The translations under genes were made by a program, and so were the position numbers. The notes beneath the pieces were generated by a model. That model was not told the DNA's origin, made no database searches, and was given only the letters and a program-made list of their open reading frames with translations. From positions 2,470,201-2,534,200 of the forward strand of contig NC_092670.1 of the NCBI RefSeq assembly GCF_964355755.1: a stretch of DNA of 64,000 nt. Direction: 5' to 3'. This stretch comes from Antedon mediterranea (Eukaryota; Animalia; Echinodermata). Numbering within the stretch: position 1 is the first letter of the stretch; every line of letters begins with the position of its first letter. Below, piece after piece: positions 62,429-64,000 of the stretch.

Positions 62429-63022
62429 TTACCTCCGCCAAGGAGGTTATGTTTTCACCCCTGTATGTTTGTGTGTTTGTGTGTGTGTGTGTGCGTGTGT
62501 TTGTGTGTGTGTGTCTGTGAACAGCCTGGAGGCCACAGTTTTTATCTGATTCTAACCAAATTTGGACACAATGATCTATGCCCAAAAAGCTCGGACGAGT
62601 TCGAATTTGAGGGGGAAAGGTCATAGGTCAAGGTCACAACTAACAAAAAAACTATTTTACTGCCTAGAGACCACAGTTTTGATCCGATTCTCACCAAACT
62701 TAGCCACAATGATCAATGACACATCATATAATTGTGGTTAAATTTTGAAGGGTCAGGGTCAAAAAAAAAAAAAATAAAAAATAAAAAAATAATAAAAAAA
62801 AAAAAAACCCTCAGTGGGACTTGAACCAGCGATCTCAACTGTGAGAGGCTGGATACATAACCATTACACCACACTGTCATCCACAACTTTGTAGTGTGCA
62901 GTTAACATTATTTACACTTAGAACTAATAAAAAAAAATGTAAAAAAAAAATATTCAGGGGGCATTTTATGTTGGGGAATTTTACAGTAGGCGGAGGTTTG
63001 TACTCTCGGAGTACCCTCTAGT
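62429..63022 (+). mobile_element. DINE/Helentron-like element carrying a tRNA-like segment (62808-62872, minus strand)
   Basis: TTACCTCCGCCAAGGAGG...(GT)n...GGCGGAGGT...CTCTAGT. It is absent at the homologous site near 9697-9715, so it is an insertion into a T-rich site. Confidence 0.7.
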
Positions 63023-64000
63023 TTATTTATGATTTAGCTCTTGATAAAAACTCAGTAGTTTGAACTGTATGCTTTATGCTATCATTCTAAATTAAGAGAT
63101 TAAGAGTTATGGTATCGAGGTACAGCCAATGCATATGAATGATGCGTTCTATCTATTGATATTAATTGTATTGTTAATAATAGTATAATAATATAAACGA
63201 TTCTAGCAATGTTATATGAACAAATAACAAGTATGAAACGCCAAAGAATTAAAAAGAATTTATTTACACTAGAGGGTGAGCTCGCTTCGCTCGCTCCCCC
63301 TCTAGGAAGTGTAGACGATGGTTCTCGGAATGATAATGTTCTCCTTATACGTTTTCTGTCGGTTACCATTATTGAAAATGCTTGACATTCGTAAAACTAA
63401 ACTACTTTGTTTCACAGTGTTTTAGATGATTAATAACATTTTAAAGTACAGTTTTTATTGTTTGGTAGGGCCCTTTGGGAAGGCGGAGGTCATTTGAGGG
63501 AGGTGCTTATTCGAGGGATATATGTTAAATTTTGTAGTTTTAATAATATGGTAACATTTATAATCAAATGAAATCCTCTAATAGATATGAAAAGTGCTAA
63601 AAAAGAATAACAAATGCTTGGTAAATTGTAAATAACAGTGCGGTGAATTCTACTACAAATAGTATAATTGTGTTGTTATAAATATGTGGGTGGACGTTTA
63701 TTAGATAGTTGGGTTGGGGGGGGGGGGGGGGTTATTATTCAAAGTGATGTTTAATTGGAGTGGCGTTTATTCAAATGAATACCATCCTAATAATTATTAA
63801 TACATTATTTAATTTAATCATCTTTTGAAACTAACTGCCGTGACAGAGTGGGCCCAAGAAAGAAGACATTACGGCTTGCAACATGGGCAGACATCTCGGT
63901 CCTAACGGGACACAGGAAGATAGCCTACAGTTATTCCTGCAAGCTTACTCAATAAAACTCAGCTATCGGGATTTCACTCGAAAAATGTCTTATCATCAAA

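Larger units (their letters stand above)
58600..63265 (+). repeat. Segmental-duplication block B, internally duplicated, homologous to 7175-11830
   Basis: Matches listed under block A. In addition 59090-59300 resembles 60560-60775 and 59590-59830 resembles 60780-60990. Confidence 0.85.

Noticed and set aside
63830-64000. Possible start of another retroelement remnant
   Set aside because: Too short and degenerate at the window edge to support a call.

Overview
AT-rich, intron-containing animal genomic DNA, not prokaryotic. An invertebrate deuterostome such as an echinoderm is my guess from composition and repeat types. The main feature is one long minus-strand gene, rebuilt by hand from GT-AG sites as 19 exons (40452 to 18513; 5064 nt, about 1687 aa, no frameshift or internal stop). 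Its order is tandem DED-like pair, NACHT ATPase, Roc GTPase, COR, Death domain, second tandem DED-like pair, with no LRR or other sensor repeats. This is an NLR-ROCO hybrid with two different P-loop NTPases and five death folds, and every inter-module intron is phase 1. Its Roc G4 motif reads GTHLN (Asp to Asn) and its NACHT sensor-1 reads TSI. Related non-coding blocks on both sides of the gene (about 7.2-11.8 kb and 58.6-63.3 kb) suggest a tandem paralog array. The rest is transposon and repeat DNA: a Kolobok element (spliced transposase plus a P2X7-ballast-like KolX gene), a Penelope-like element with an inverted pLTR, a CR1/L2-type LINE, a truncated Gypsy, L1/Tx1 and Academ-like relics, several MITEs and Helentron-like elements, and 66-, 77- and 88-bp tandem arrays. 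All domain calls come from motif reading, not database searches.
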